Shown here piece after piece: positions 1 through 10,101 of a stretch of DNA of 64,000 nt. Position 1 is the stretch's first letter, and every line of letters begins with the position of its first letter. This DNA is from Terriglobia bacterium. GTDB lineage: Bacteria; Acidobacteriota; Terriglobia; 20CM-2-55-15. A model generated the notes under the pieces. The model was not told where the DNA came from. It saw nothing but the letters and a program-made list of their open reading frames with translations, and ran no database searches. The stretch lies in assembly GCA_963664115.2 (NCBI GenBank), contig CAXWPJ010000002.1:736001-800000 (forward strand), read 5' to 3'. The position numbers were made by a program, and so were the translations under genes.

Positions 1-1
1 C

Positions 2-181
2 CAGAACAGTTTCTTTGGCGGTCTTCCTGCACCCACGGCCTGGATGCTCTACGGGTTGTGGCTCTTCCCCATGCTGATGATTTTGGTGTGTTCCCTCCAC
101 TTTGAGCGCTGGTACTTCAGCGAAGAAGATGAGCGTTCAATCGAGGCACTGATGCGCTCGAAGCGTGTCCGGAAAGACTGA
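2..181 (+). CDS. 3' end of small membrane protein, likely SSS transporter accessory (partial)
   Basis: Frame 2 reads FGGLPAPTAWMLYGLWLFPMLMILV...RKD*; its TGA overlaps the ATG of the SSS gene. Confidence 0.6.
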   Translation, partial: QNSFFGGLPAPTAWMLYGLWLFPMLMILVCSLHFERWYFSEEDERSIEALMRSKRVRKD

Positions 182-1665
182 TGGAAGCCGCCAGGCCCCT
201 CATCGTACTGGTGTCGGTGGCGATCTATTTCATCGCATGCATGGCGATGGGTCTCTGGGCGTACAGGAAAACCCGTTCCACTGAGGACTTCTTCATGGCG
301 GGCCGTGACCTGGGCGTGCTCGTAACCGCCTTTGCTCTGTTTTCAAGCATCCTGAGCGGCTTCGGTTTCGTGGGCGGTCCGGGACTGGTCTACCTCATGG
401 GCATGAGCTCCATGTGGATGGTGGTGTGCGCGGGAATTGGCGGTGTGATCAGCTTTGCTCTCATTGCCAAGCGGATTCGTCTCTTCGCCGAATTGCGACA
501 CTGTATATCGCTGCCCGATGTGGTGGCTGCCCGGTATGAGAGCGACTCGGTGCGGGCATCGGTGGCCGTCGTGATTCTGATCGGTGTGATCGGTTATCTG
601 GCTACGCAGATTCTCGCGATGGCCATCGTTCTCCAGGACATTCTACGGAGCGCCGGTGTGTGGACCGAAATCAGCCTGGGGATGAGTGTCGCCATATCGT
701 GTTCCGTCCTGCTCTTTTACACCGTTACCGGCGGGATTCTCGCTTCCGTTTACACGGACCTGATTCAGGGCGGTGTCATGGTTGTCGCTTCGGTACTGGT
801 TTTTGTTACCGTCCTCACTACTTTTGATGGAGGCCTGACCGAGATCAGCCAGATCATCATGGCAGACGACGCCGAAGCGATGGGGCCCTGGGGCACGCTG
901 GGCATCATGGGCTGCCTGTCGTGGTTTTTCATGTTCGGTGTCGGCGCCGTGGGGCAACCGCACGTCATCACGAAGTCGATGATGATGCGGCGCATTCGTG
1001 ACATCAAGCACATCGTACCTTTGACGTTCCTCGCCTACGTCGCTTCGGCTTTGCTGTGGCTCGGGATCGGCCTGGCGATGCGGGCACTGGTGGTCAGCGG
1101 CGCCCATCCCGCGCTTCTTTCGCCGGACGCGGCCGCGCCTCAGTTCCTTCAGAATTACACCCACCCGCTGCTGGCCGGAGTCGTGTTCGCCGGTCTGCTG
1201 GCCGCTATCATGTCCACAGCTGATGGATTCCTGAACATCGGCACCGCCGCCCTCGTCCACGACATTCCGACCGCTGTTCTGGGGCGCACGATAGCCAACC
1301 GGCTGTGGTGGGCCCGAATCGCGACCGTTGCGATCGCCGTAGCGGCCTCTGTGTTTGCGCTCTACACGGGCGATCTGGTCGCCCTGTTGGGTGCTTTCGG
1401 ATGGGGTACCTTCGCGGCCGCTCTGGTTCCCGTGGTGGCCATCGGTCTGAACTGGAAGCGTGCCTCGGCGCTGGCGGCGAACACGGCCGTCATCGCCAGC
1501 CTTTTGATCAACGTGGGCAGCCAGATCACGGGGCTTACGCCCCCTCTCGGCATCGACGTTGGCGCCCTGGCGCTGGCCGTTTCGCTGGTGCTTTTTGTCG
1601 GGATCTCGTTGGCCGGTCCCGAGCCCCGGATTAAGCCGGACGTCGCAATCATCATGAACGCGTAG
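181..1665 (+). CDS. Sodium:solute symporter (PutP/PanF-like)
   Basis: 494 aa, many hydrophobic helices, motifs EDFFMAGR, YTDLIQG, LAAIMSTADG. Confidence 0.9.
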   Translation: MEAARPLIVLVSVAIYFIACMAMGLWAYRKTRSTEDFFMAGRDLGVLVTAFALFSSILSGFGFVGGPGLVYLMGMSSMWMVVCAGIGGVISFALIAKRIRLFAELRHCISLPDVVAARYESDSVRASVAVVILIGVIGYLATQILAMAIVLQDILRSAGVWTEISLGMSVAISCSVLLFYTVTGGILASVYTDLIQGGVMVVASVLVFVTVLTTFDGGLTEISQIIMADDAEAMGPWGTLGIMGCLSWFFMFGVGAVGQPHVITKSMMMRRIRDIKHIVPLTFLAYVASALLWLGIGLAMRALVVSGAHPALLSPDAAAPQFLQNYTHPLLAGVVFAGLLAAIMSTADGFLNIGTAALVHDIPTAVLGRTIANRLWWARIATVAIAVAASVFALYTGDLVALLGAFGWGTFAAALVPVVAIGLNWKRASALAANTAVIASLLINVGSQITGLTPPLGIDVGALALAVSLVLFVGISLAGPEPRIKPDVAIIMNA

Positions 1666-1790
1666 CTATGGTTTGGTTAACGCGCCACTACCGCCCGCGT
1701 CCGCCCGGTCCGCTTGAAAGCCGTGGGCGGGGGTGACAAGTTCTGCTATATTTTGAGGGCATTCCACAACGAAGAGGGAGGACTTACACA

Positions 1791-2600
1791 GTGATTTGGA
1801 TGCGCTCGCTGCTGACGATCGCGTGGCTCGCTGGTGCCGTGGGCGCTTCGCTCGCAGCCCAGGCCCCGGCGACGACAAATCCATTCGAAGGTGAGCCTGA
1901 CGCGGTGCGGACCGGGATGGGACTGTACCGCCTCAACTGTGCGGACTGCCATGGTGTGGACGCACGCGGTGTTCGGGGGCCCGATCTCACCGAGGTCTGG
2001 GCCTCGGGCAGAACCGACGCGGGTTTGTTCAGCACGATACGGAATGGAATAAGCGGTACGGAGATGGGACCGCGCACGGGGCCCCGTGGGCCCCGTGACG
2101 ATGAGATATGGAAGATGCTGGCCTACCTGCGTACGCTCGCGACACCGACATTGACACTGTCCCCGACTGGCGATGCCCCCAACGGTGAGAGAATTTTTCG
2201 GCAGAACTGCTCCGGGTGCCATCGGGTGATGGCCGTTGGCGGCCGCCTGGGCCCGGACCTCTCCCGTATCGGATCCTCGCGGTCGCGCGCGACGCTCGTA
2301 TCAACCATCCGCGAGGGCGCCCGGGTACAGTCGGACTCCGGCTATGCACCTGTGACGCTGACGACGGACAGCGGTCAGGCTATGCGAGGCGTGACCAAGA
2401 ACGAAGACCTTTTTTCGATACAGATCATGGCGGTGGAGGGACGGATACAGGGTTTCGAGAAGGAGAGTCTCGAGGCGTTGGACAAGCCCACCGAATCGCT
2501 GATGCCCGCATTCGGAAGGGATAGGCTCAGTGACAGCGAGCTCGACGATCTCGCGAGCTATCTCGAGACGCTGCGCGGATTCGATCCCGCCGTTCCATAG
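1791..2600 (+). CDS. Periplasmic di-heme cytochrome c
   Basis: Signal peptide, CADCH and CSGCH heme motifs, GPDL motifs; adjacent to PQQ dehydrogenase. Confidence 0.85.
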   Translation: MIWMRSLLTIAWLAGAVGASLAAQAPATTNPFEGEPDAVRTGMGLYRLNCADCHGVDARGVRGPDLTEVWASGRTDAGLFSTIRNGISGTEMGPRTGPRGPRDDEIWKMLAYLRTLATPTLTLSPTGDAPNGERIFRQNCSGCHRVMAVGGRLGPDLSRIGSSRSRATLVSTIREGARVQSDSGYAPVTLTTDSGQAMRGVTKNEDLFSIQIMAVEGRIQGFEKESLEALDKPTESLMPAFGRDRLSDSELDDLASYLETLRGFDPAVP

Positions 2601-2630
2601 AGATAAGAGATAGAGATAAGAGAGAGAGGA
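2597..2630. repeat. Short AG-rich tandem duplication (atagagataagag x2)
   Basis: Seen directly between cytochrome stop and RBS of the next gene. Confidence 0.6.
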
Positions 2631-2637
2631 AGAACCC

Positions 2638-4281
2638 ATGCGCTTGACTATGATCGTTGTCTCGGGCCTGCTGCTCATCGCTGCTGCTGTTCCCACCACT
2701 GCAATCGTTGGCGCCCCTCAGGCGGTGCCTGGGCGGGTGACGGCCGAGGAGATTCTGGAGGGTCTGCCCGCGGACGGGTCGCGGTGGCTGACTTTCGGCG
2801 GGGATTTTGCGAATCAGCGGCACAGCCCGCTCACTGAGATCACACTCGAAAACGTCGACAGGCTCATCCCGCAGTGGACGTTCCAGACCAACACGCTCGA
2901 CGACTTCGAAACGACCACCCTCATGCGCGACAACGTTCTCTACGTGACCGGACCGTCGAACACGGCGTGGGCTATCGATGCACGTAGCGGGCGAGAAATC
3001 TGGTCGTATCGGCGCGAGTTGCCCCTCAACCTGACAGCCTGCTGCGGACTCGTCAACAAAGGCTTCGCCATGCTTGGCGACAAGCTCTATCTGGCGACGC
3101 TCGACGCGCACCTGCTGGCGCTGGATATGAGCACGGGTGCCATCGTCTGGGACGCGACGATGGAGGATTACCAGGTCGGCTACGCGTCGACCATCGCCCC
3201 GCTTGCGGTTGATGGCAAGATCATCGTCGGCGTCGCCGGGGGCGAGTTCGGCATACGTGGTTTCATCGACGCCTATGATGCGGAAACCGGACAGCGGGTG
3301 TGGCGGTTCTACACGATTCCGGGCCCGGGTGAACCCGGTAACGAGACGTGGTCGGGGGACTCCTGGCGAACCGGCGGTGCCAGCGTATGGGTCACCGGCG
3401 CCTACGATCCGGAACAGAACCTTCTCTTCTACGGCATCGGCAATCCGGGCCCGGATTACTACGGTGCGGTCCGTGAGGGCGACAATCTCTACAGTGCCTC
3501 GCTGGTCGCGCTCGACGCCACTACAGGTGAGTTGCGCTGGCACTATCAGTTCACGCCTCACGACGTACACGACTGGGACGCCACCGAAGTGCCCATTCTT
3601 GCCGACATTGAAATCGATGGGCGGCTCCGTCAGGTTGTGATGTTTGCAAACCGCAACGGCTTCTATTACACGCTGGACCGGACCAATGGCGAGATCATCC
3701 TCGCGGAACCTTTCGTGCGAACCACCTGGGCCACTGAAATCGGCGCCGATGGCCGTCCAGTTCTCCTGCCGGGCAACATACCCGATGAAGAGGGCGAGAT
3801 CACCTGTCCCGACCTCACTGGGGGGACGAACTTCTGGCCGCCTACCTTCGACCCGGTGACGCAGGTTTTCTTCGTCAACGCGCGTGAGTCGTGCATGACG
3901 TATTACGCGTGGGAACAGGAATACATTCCGGGTCAGCGTTTTACCGGGGGTGCGGGTGAGCGTATTCGAGACGATCCGGAGATGCCGCTTTACGGCGCGC
4001 TCCGAGCGCTGGATCCGGCTACGGGAGAGCGCCTGTGGGAGTTCCGATATCCGGACCCGTCGTCATCAGGACTGCTGTCAACGGCGTCGGGCCTCATCTT
4101 CAGTGGGGACGCCGACGGGAATCTGCTGGCGCTCGACTCCCGCAGCGGAGAGTTGCTGTGGCGCTATCAGATGGGTTCGCGGCTGCACGGCACGTCGCCC
4201 ATCACCTACATGCTGGATGGGCGTCAGCATGTGCTGGTGCCGGCAGGCACGACGCTGACGGCCTGGGCATTGCCCGAGTAG
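2638..4281 (+). CDS. PQQ-dependent alcohol dehydrogenase-type quinoprotein
   Basis: Signal peptide, vicinal CC (ACCG), GGEFGIRG, QFTPHDVHDWD, Trp-docking repeats. Confidence 0.9.
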   Translation: MRLTMIVVSGLLLIAAAVPTTAIVGAPQAVPGRVTAEEILEGLPADGSRWLTFGGDFANQRHSPLTEITLENVDRLIPQWTFQTNTLDDFETTTLMRDNVLYVTGPSNTAWAIDARSGREIWSYRRELPLNLTACCGLVNKGFAMLGDKLYLATLDAHLLALDMSTGAIVWDATMEDYQVGYASTIAPLAVDGKIIVGVAGGEFGIRGFIDAYDAETGQRVWRFYTIPGPGEPGNETWSGDSWRTGGASVWVTGAYDPEQNLLFYGIGNPGPDYYGAVREGDNLYSASLVALDATTGELRWHYQFTPHDVHDWDATEVPILADIEIDGRLRQVVMFANRNGFYYTLDRTNGEIILAEPFVRTTWATEIGADGRPVLLPGNIPDEEGEITCPDLTGGTNFWPPTFDPVTQVFFVNARESCMTYYAWEQEYIPGQRFTGGAGERIRDDPEMPLYGALRALDPATGERLWEFRYPDPSSSGLLSTASGLIFSGDADGNLLALDSRSGELLWRYQMGSRLHGTSPITYMLDGRQHVLVPAGTTLTAWALPE

Positions 4282-4419
4282 CGCGTCCAAAGACCCTTTC
4301 GCTTGTTAGCGTGCAGACCGTTGATCGAGATCTCTTAAACCGGATCTGCAACGATCTTGCCATCACCCAGACACCAACCTTCCGCGTTGCCGCAAGGTTG
4401 CAGAACTGGTGAAGCCGAA

Positions 4420-4875
4420 TTATGCCCCGTCATCGATGACCGCGATGGCGCGGATTTCTATCTTGCACCTGGAGTCCGTAGCGAGACACGTCACTCCGAC
4501 AGTTGTCGAAGCTGGAAGGTGGTTGGGAAAGAACTCGGCCTGGGCTCGGTTGGCTTTGTCCTGTTCATCCATGGTCACGATGAATCGGGTCACATCGACA
4601 ATATCATCCAGACTGCCCCCGGCAGCTTCGACGGTCTTCCTCACGTTCTCATAGGCGATGCGGGTTTGCTCTCCCATGTCCTCGGGGATAGCTTCAAACT
4701 CTTCGGGTTTATGAGGATGGGAATGGTAGACAGGGGCTGCGGTACAACCTGAAACGAACAGGATCTTGCCCTTGTTGACTTTCAGGCCGGGAGCATAGGG
4801 CATCCAAACATCTTTCGGCGCATCCCTGTGGTGGATCGTTTCTACATCTTTCGCCACGTCTCGAACCCTCCGCAA
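4420..4875 (-). CDS. RidA/YjgF family protein
   Basis: LFVSG, GGSLDDIV, PASTTVGV, IEIRAIA motifs; start uncertain. Confidence 0.8.
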   Translation of the reverse strand: MRRVRDVAKDVETIHHRDAPKDVWMPYAPGLKVNKGKILFVSGCTAAPVYHSHPHKPEEFEAIPEDMGEQTRIAYENVRKTVEAAGGSLDDIVDVTRFIVTMDEQDKANRAQAEFFPNHLPASTTVGVTCLATDSRCKIEIRAIAVIDDGA

Positions 4876-5013
4876 TAAAGTCGATTCCTTTAGGACATAC
4901 GTTCTGTCAGTTGTTCAAACAAGCTCCCGACGATGTACATCCGGGGTGCTGTGACCGCGGTGTCACTTATGCAGCGCAGTTTTAATTTCCATAATTTCCG
5001 GCCATTCACCCAC

Positions 5014-6396
5014 TCAATTCGCTGTGTCAGTCGCAAACCCTTCAAGAATATCCAGCATTATGGTGACGCCCCGCCGGAGGTTCTCCACTGAGATGCGCTC
5101 GTTGTTGCCGTGCACACCCCCCCTGTCCGCAAGCGGGATGACGGTTGGAATATAGCCGTAAGCCGCTATGCCGAGGTCGCGAAGGAAGTGACTGTCGGTA
5201 AACCCCGTGCTCACGGCAGGCACCACAGGCGCACCGGGGAAATGCTCCGTGCTGACGCTCTCCAGCAGACGATAGAGATCGGTATCGACCGAGGAGACGG
5301 CGGGGGTGAATCCGAGTATCATTTCGATCTCAATTTCGTCGCCCAGCACATCGCCGAGCTCACTGATGAAGTCTGCCCGGTCCTGGTCGGGCAGCAAGCG
5401 GCAATCGATTTCTGCCCAGGCCTCGGGTGGAACAACGTTGATCTTGTCACTGGCGCCGAGCCGGGTAATGGAGCAGGTGTTCCGAATGAGCGCGTGCATT
5501 CCCGGATTGTCCCTCTGGAGCTCTGACGCAACACTTAGAGTACGAATGGCCGTCGCAATATCTCTGAAGTGATCCTGCCATTTGGGAGCGGCGGCCGCTG
5601 CGATGCCTCTGAAATACGCGTCAACGGCCGGTACAATACGTGGTTCGAACTCATATTCGCGAAGCCGCTCCACCGCTGCGATCAGACGCGTCACTGATGA
5701 CGACTCAAGCGGCCGGGAACCGTGGCCCGGCTCGCCCCGGGCCGTGAGACGGAACCAATGCGGGACCTTCTGGGTGACCTCGACGCCAAACTGGACCAGG
5801 CCTTCATCCTCCCGTCCACCACCGCCCTCGTTGATGACGAAGCCCACGTTTTCGAACAGCTCCGGACGGTTTTCCACCAGCCATCCGACGCCGAAAAAAC
5901 CACCCGCTTCCTCATCGGCGGTCGCCATGAAGATGACGTCCCTGGAAAGAGGCGTGCCCTGCCGGTGCAGTGCGATAAAGGCCGCCAGATGAATAATCCC
6001 GCTCGACTTGGTGTCGAGCGTGCCGCGCCCGTAGACATGGCCGTCGCGGATTTCGCCAGATAGGGGCTCCGTCAACCAGTATTCCCGGTCCGCAGGAACG
6101 ACGTCCATGTGGTGCAGGAGTACGAGTGCGGGTTCGTCGCCGCCCTCCAGCCGCGCCCAGATATTGCCACGGCCCGGAGCCGATTCCGCAATCTCATAAT
6201 CAATACCTTCCGCCTCAAAAATCCCTGCCAGAAACTCTGCTCCGGCGATCTCGTTTCCCGGAGGGTTGATGGTGTCGACGCGGATGTAATCCTGCAGCCA
6301 CGCGACGGCCTCATCGCCCAGGGCAACCAGGTTGACTTGAGCTGAGCCCACCTGCGCGACGAGCAACAACATGAGCGCGAGAAGGCAGCGCTTCAT
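5014..6396 (-). CDS. M20/M25/M40 family metallopeptidase, exported
   Basis: Signal peptide, HMDVVP, GRGTLDTK, ADEEAGG, HGNNER. Confidence 0.9.
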   Translation of the reverse strand: MKRCLLALMLLLVAQVGSAQVNLVALGDEAVAWLQDYIRVDTINPPGNEIAGAEFLAGIFEAEGIDYEIAESAPGRGNIWARLEGGDEPALVLLHHMDVVPADREYWLTEPLSGEIRDGHVYGRGTLDTKSSGIIHLAAFIALHRQGTPLSRDVIFMATADEEAGGFFGVGWLVENRPELFENVGFVINEGGGGREDEGLVQFGVEVTQKVPHWFRLTARGEPGHGSRPLESSSVTRLIAAVERLREYEFEPRIVPAVDAYFRGIAAAAAPKWQDHFRDIATAIRTLSVASELQRDNPGMHALIRNTCSITRLGASDKINVVPPEAWAEIDCRLLPDQDRADFISELGDVLGDEIEIEMILGFTPAVSSVDTDLYRLLESVSTEHFPGAPVVPAVSTGFTDSHFLRDLGIAAYGYIPTVIPLADRGGVHGNNERISVENLRRGVTIMLDILEGFATDTAN

Positions 6397-6456
6397 CTTT
6401 TCCTCCTTTGGATCTGTTTTCTTTCCGCCAACCGGAGCGATCGGGCCGTGCCCTAC

Positions 6457-8313
6457 CTAGACCCAAAACAAGCGCATAACCAGTCCGCCGAGGCCCAGTT
6501 CGCGCCGATAGAATTCGAGGCATAGAATCCCGTTCCCGGATGGCCTGTTCCAGGTATCGAGTTTCTGTTGAATCTGTTTCAGTTCAGCCTCGCTGGTGTT
6601 GGACGGTTGACAGAAACCGGGACCTCGATCGCCCGGGCTCAGAGTCATGATCGGGTCAACATCGCAGAGGCTGACGCAACACATCCACCCCGCGGAACAA
6701 GACCGGCAACCACCGGTTCCAGGCCAGGATCCGGAACAGAATGCGCCGCCCGGTGCGCACGAGTTGGCACGGCACAAGCATGAAAGCGTTCAAGAAGGTT
6801 TTGAACTCCATGCGCAGCACGGTTTGCTTCTCAGCCTGATATTTTTGGCCCCAACGTCCGGTTTCGGGAAGCAGCAATGCAAACCACGCTTTCAGTGTCC
6901 AGGCCAGTGACGCGATCACCATGTAGGCCCAGTTGCTGGTCTGATCTCCGACCGGCATCCGCAACGCCTGAACGCCGTTCTTCAACTGCTCAATGAGATT
7001 CTCCTGATTGCACCGTTGATTGGCACGCATCACAATCTGGTCGGCCGGATCCGAACGGTTGGTAATGTAGAAGAAGTACCGGATGTCGTCAAACAACACC
7101 TGCTCTCCTTTGGCCACCGACAGATTCTTCCGCACCACGACGACACGGTAGTCCCGATCGCAGGCTCCGGGTCGATACCGAAACTCGGCCACATCCTCAC
7201 CCTGCAAGCGGATATTGTCGAAACCGCGCTGCCGAACGATCTCTTCCTTCACGTTGTCGGGACGTTGGCGCGGTTCGGTCGCCACGTCGTATTTCGCGGG
7301 CCGTTCCAGGCGCTTCCACTGGCGCGGCTCCAGTTCATCGGCCCGGGCCTTCAGGTTCGCCATCGCGTCAATCCCGAATATGAAACCCACCTGCTGGTCG
7401 TCCCATCCGTCCAGATGCCGGGTCTGGCTGAAGTCCGTGTCCCCGCGCAGCAGGATCTGGCGAAACCCCGCATGCCGGCACAATGCGATGGCTTGGTCGA
7501 ACCGGACCGCGGCTCCTTCATGCGACGGCCGGTTGCCGCTACGATTGACCAGATACAGCGGTTCGGCGGTGTTGGCCAGCGAGATCATCAGCGGGTGATA
7601 TCCCCACGTCCCGTCGTAGGCCACGTCCATCCCTTGCTTGCATTCCCCCGTGGTTTCGGCCAGTGTCCCGTCCGCGTCCAACACCGCTTCTTCGAAAAAC
7701 GCCGCCGGTTGCTGTCGCCAGACTCCGAGCCGGACTTGATTGGTTGCCTCCATCAGACACTCCACGTCGTCGGCCTCGAATCTCCGGCAGAAGTCTCCCG
7801 CCGTCGTCGGATCCGGAATCCGTTGCGCTCCCAGCGCATCCAGATACACCGCATCGTTGCGCCGCAGTTCGATGTCTTCCAGGCACGTTCCTCCGCTCAA
7901 GGCGTTGTAGGCGATGTTCAGCACGTGATCCGACTCGTGATACGGCAGGTGCCGCTTCAACACATGCACGCCCTTGTCGATGGCTTCGATCAGCCCGGTC
8001 CGCCGCGCCACCAGTTGCATCGTCCCGATACCACCAACCGATGTGCCCCGCGTCCGCTCTCCCATCTCGTACTGAATGTTGCTCGCCGAAAACATCGGCT
8101 CTACCTGATCCGTCCAATGCCGGTCCCCAAGCCGACGTTCGATTCGCCGCTTGCGGTTCCTCATGTTCTTGCGCGTATAATCGTTCATCTGAAATGCCTC
8201 CTTTTCCGAAGAATCTGTTCAAGGTTTTTTTCGCACGGAGAGGGGGCATTTCGGGTACTTCCGCTCTTATTGCACTATCATTTCCTCGTCAATCACGCTT
8301 GTTCAGGGCCTAG
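6457..8313 (-). mobile_element. IS1380-family insertion sequence
   Basis: Imperfect inverted ends ctagacccaaaacaagcg (6457) and cgcttgttcagggcctag (8313) enclosing the transposase. Confidence 0.75.
6656..8188 (-). CDS. IS1380-family DDE transposase
   Basis: 510 aa; LDADGT, GYHPL, LRGDTDF, ENLIEQLK motifs. Confidence 0.88.
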   Translation of the reverse strand: MNDYTRKNMRNRKRRIERRLGDRHWTDQVEPMFSASNIQYEMGERTRGTSVGGIGTMQLVARRTGLIEAIDKGVHVLKRHLPYHESDHVLNIAYNALSGGTCLEDIELRRNDAVYLDALGAQRIPDPTTAGDFCRRFEADDVECLMEATNQVRLGVWRQQPAAFFEEAVLDADGTLAETTGECKQGMDVAYDGTWGYHPLMISLANTAEPLYLVNRSGNRPSHEGAAVRFDQAIALCRHAGFRQILLRGDTDFSQTRHLDGWDDQQVGFIFGIDAMANLKARADELEPRQWKRLERPAKYDVATEPRQRPDNVKEEIVRQRGFDNIRLQGEDVAEFRYRPGACDRDYRVVVVRKNLSVAKGEQVLFDDIRYFFYITNRSDPADQIVMRANQRCNQENLIEQLKNGVQALRMPVGDQTSNWAYMVIASLAWTLKAWFALLLPETGRWGQKYQAEKQTVLRMEFKTFLNAFMLVPCQLVRTGRRILFRILAWNRWLPVLFRGVDVLRQPLRC

Positions 8314-8317
8314 AGCA

Positions 8318-8533
8318 TCACGGCAGCGGCACCCGTTCCCTCAGTGCGTCAAACCAGTTCAGAACGATGTTGATCTGCTGGCGTTCGGCGTCCCTGGCAA
8401 ACTCTTCCGGTAGCGTCTTAATCGCCACCTCACGACCCAGCTTCGTGTCATGCGCACGCTACACCTCACCCATGCCACCCTTACCCAGGGCAGAGAGGAT
8501 CTCGTAGTGGCCGAGTTTTGCGCCGGAATCCAT
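8318..8533 (-). pseudogene. Empty Ser/Thr kinase shell (N-terminus fused in frame to C-terminus)
   Basis: Translates [70 protein letters not shown]. Confidence 0.9.
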
Positions 8534-8573
8534 GATTTCGTATGTGGCCGAGTTGCGCCGCGAAATTCTGGTA

Positions 8574-8603
8574 AGTCTATCTACATGGGAGGCTTATTGG
8601 CAA
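8574..8603 (-). promoter_or_regulatory. Putative sigma70 promoter of array junction
   Basis: TTGCCA-18-TAGACT upstream of kinase ATG; equivalent position in other units. Confidence 0.5.
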
Positions 8604-8631
8604 GGCAAGGGTCAATTCTAGAATCTTGGTC

Positions 8632-8719
8632 AATTCTCAATGTTCGAGAAGATGATTTCTCAGGACTTGACCTCGAAAATCAGGGGACCGGCACCCGTTC
8701 CTTCAGTTCTTCAAACCAG
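8632..8719. repeat. Array junction copy 1: palindrome plus kinase C-terminal remnant
   Basis: aattctcaatgttcgagaagatgatttctcaggacttgacctcgaaaa followed by reverse WFEELKERVPVP*. Confidence 0.9.
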
Positions 8720-8842
8720 ACTTCATGAGTGCGGCTCACCCCGAATGATGAAAATAAGCATTTTCGCGCTCCCGATACTGCGGAAGAGGGCCCGAAACGC
8801 CTGGACTGATCCTAAGGGACTTACGCCATATTTTCGTAACAG
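8720..8842. repeat. 123-bp insert in kinase C-terminal remnant (copy A)
   Basis: Near-identical to 28551-28673; same insertion point, flanked by CAG. Confidence 0.85.
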
Positions 8843-8985
8843 TTCTGGACGAATTTGATCCCCTTGGATGAAATCGCTATACCCTGACCCCACTTTCCAT
8901 ACGAATGCGCTCTGATATCGACTATGCACTCATGACGCCACCATTTACTTCATTACGTCGGCAGTTGTGCCGGTATACTCCGCGC

Positions 8986-9798
8986 ATGATGAATCTCGCC
9001 CTCATTACCGTCTTCACCGCCCTGGCGATTCTCCTTTGCGCAGGATTCCTACACCTGCTTCCTCGTCTGGGCGGTTTCGGGCGCCGCATCTCCGAGTCAA
9101 TGTGCCGCGCCCCGATGCTCGACGTGCTGATCACCTACTTCGGCATAGCCCCACTCGCCGTCGGTCCCATCGTCGGAGGCTGGATCGGGCTGGCCGGCGG
9201 CATCTTCGGTCAGATCAGCGCGGTGCTGATTTGGTCCCTCCTGCACAGCGCGGCCAATCCCCGCGTGCGCCGCGGTCCTCGCATCCACAGGACACTCAAC
9301 CAGATCGTCGGCCCCTGGCGAAATTACACGGCCCTCTGGCTGACGGCGCTGATGGTGCCGATGTTCTGGACCGTGCGTATGATCGAGATCTTTCTCTATC
9401 CTTTGATCCGCGGTCTCGTGCGCTTCCCGAAGTACGACCAAGGCACTTGGGTCTGCGTATCGCGCCAGAAGTTCGACGGCCTCATCAGCCACGACCTGAT
9501 CTGGTGCCTTTACTGCGACTGGATGACCGGTGTCTGGTCGCTCGGCTCGGAGATACTGCGCAACGTCGAATCATTCTGGTGCCCCATCCGATTCTCCAGC
9601 CACGAGAAGTGCGCCAACTGCCAGGTCGACTTTCCCGACGTCGCCGGCGCATGGGTTTCCGCCGACGGAACGATGACCCAGGTGACCGAGGTCCTCAACC
9701 GCAAGTACGATGGCACAACCGATGGCGCCAACTCATGGTTCGGTCACCCGACCAGACTGACAGGCAACGGCGACCCCTCCACGAAACGGGAGTGCTGA
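8986..9798 (+). CDS. Hypothetical membrane protein with Cys-rich C-terminus (cargo)
   Basis: Hydrophobic helices, WCLYCDW, FWCPIR, CANC; start uncertain (ORF opens at 8905). Confidence 0.7.
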   Translation: MMNLALITVFTALAILLCAGFLHLLPRLGGFGRRISESMCRAPMLDVLITYFGIAPLAVGPIVGGWIGLAGGIFGQISAVLIWSLLHSAANPRVRRGPRIHRTLNQIVGPWRNYTALWLTALMVPMFWTVRMIEIFLYPLIRGLVRFPKYDQGTWVCVSRQKFDGLISHDLIWCLYCDWMTGVWSLGSEILRNVESFWCPIRFSSHEKCANCQVDFPDVAGAWVSADGTMTQVTEVLNRKYDGTTDGANSWFGHPTRLTGNGDPSTKREC

Positions 9799-10018
9799 CG
9801 CCAGGCCCATCATCGCAGACCCGCTCCCGTCTCAACTCCCCATCGACCTGCAGTTCCGCTCAATCATGAAGTCTGAAAACCTACTTTATCCATAGCTCCA
9901 CCATTGCGGCTTCACACCGGCCGCGCCTTTCAAATTCTGTTATCGAAATTGTCGCGGTAGAAACCGATCGGCAGGTCCTGCGACATTGTGCGCCGCCCCA
10001 CTTCCGATCAACACTAGA

Positions 10019-10101
10019 GATTTCTCAGGACTTGACCTCGAAAATCAGGGCACCGGCACCCGCTCGCGCAGCTCTTGGAACCAGTTCAGGACTATGTTGA
10101 T
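10019..10101. repeat. Array junction copy 2 (right arm plus C-terminal remnant)
   Basis: gatttctcaggacttgacctcgaaaatcagggcaccggcacc...; reverse INIVLNWFQELRERVPVP*. Confidence 0.85.

Noticed and set aside
7016-8413. Long antisense or alternative-frame ORFs (e.g. 7016-8413, 2527-3570, 45005-46237, 8967-9869)
   Set aside because: Shadows of real genes in GC-rich DNA with no recognisable motifs
8632-8679. Palindrome as intrinsic terminator
   Set aside because: No U-tract follows the stem on either strand; an RNA-level role is not fully excluded
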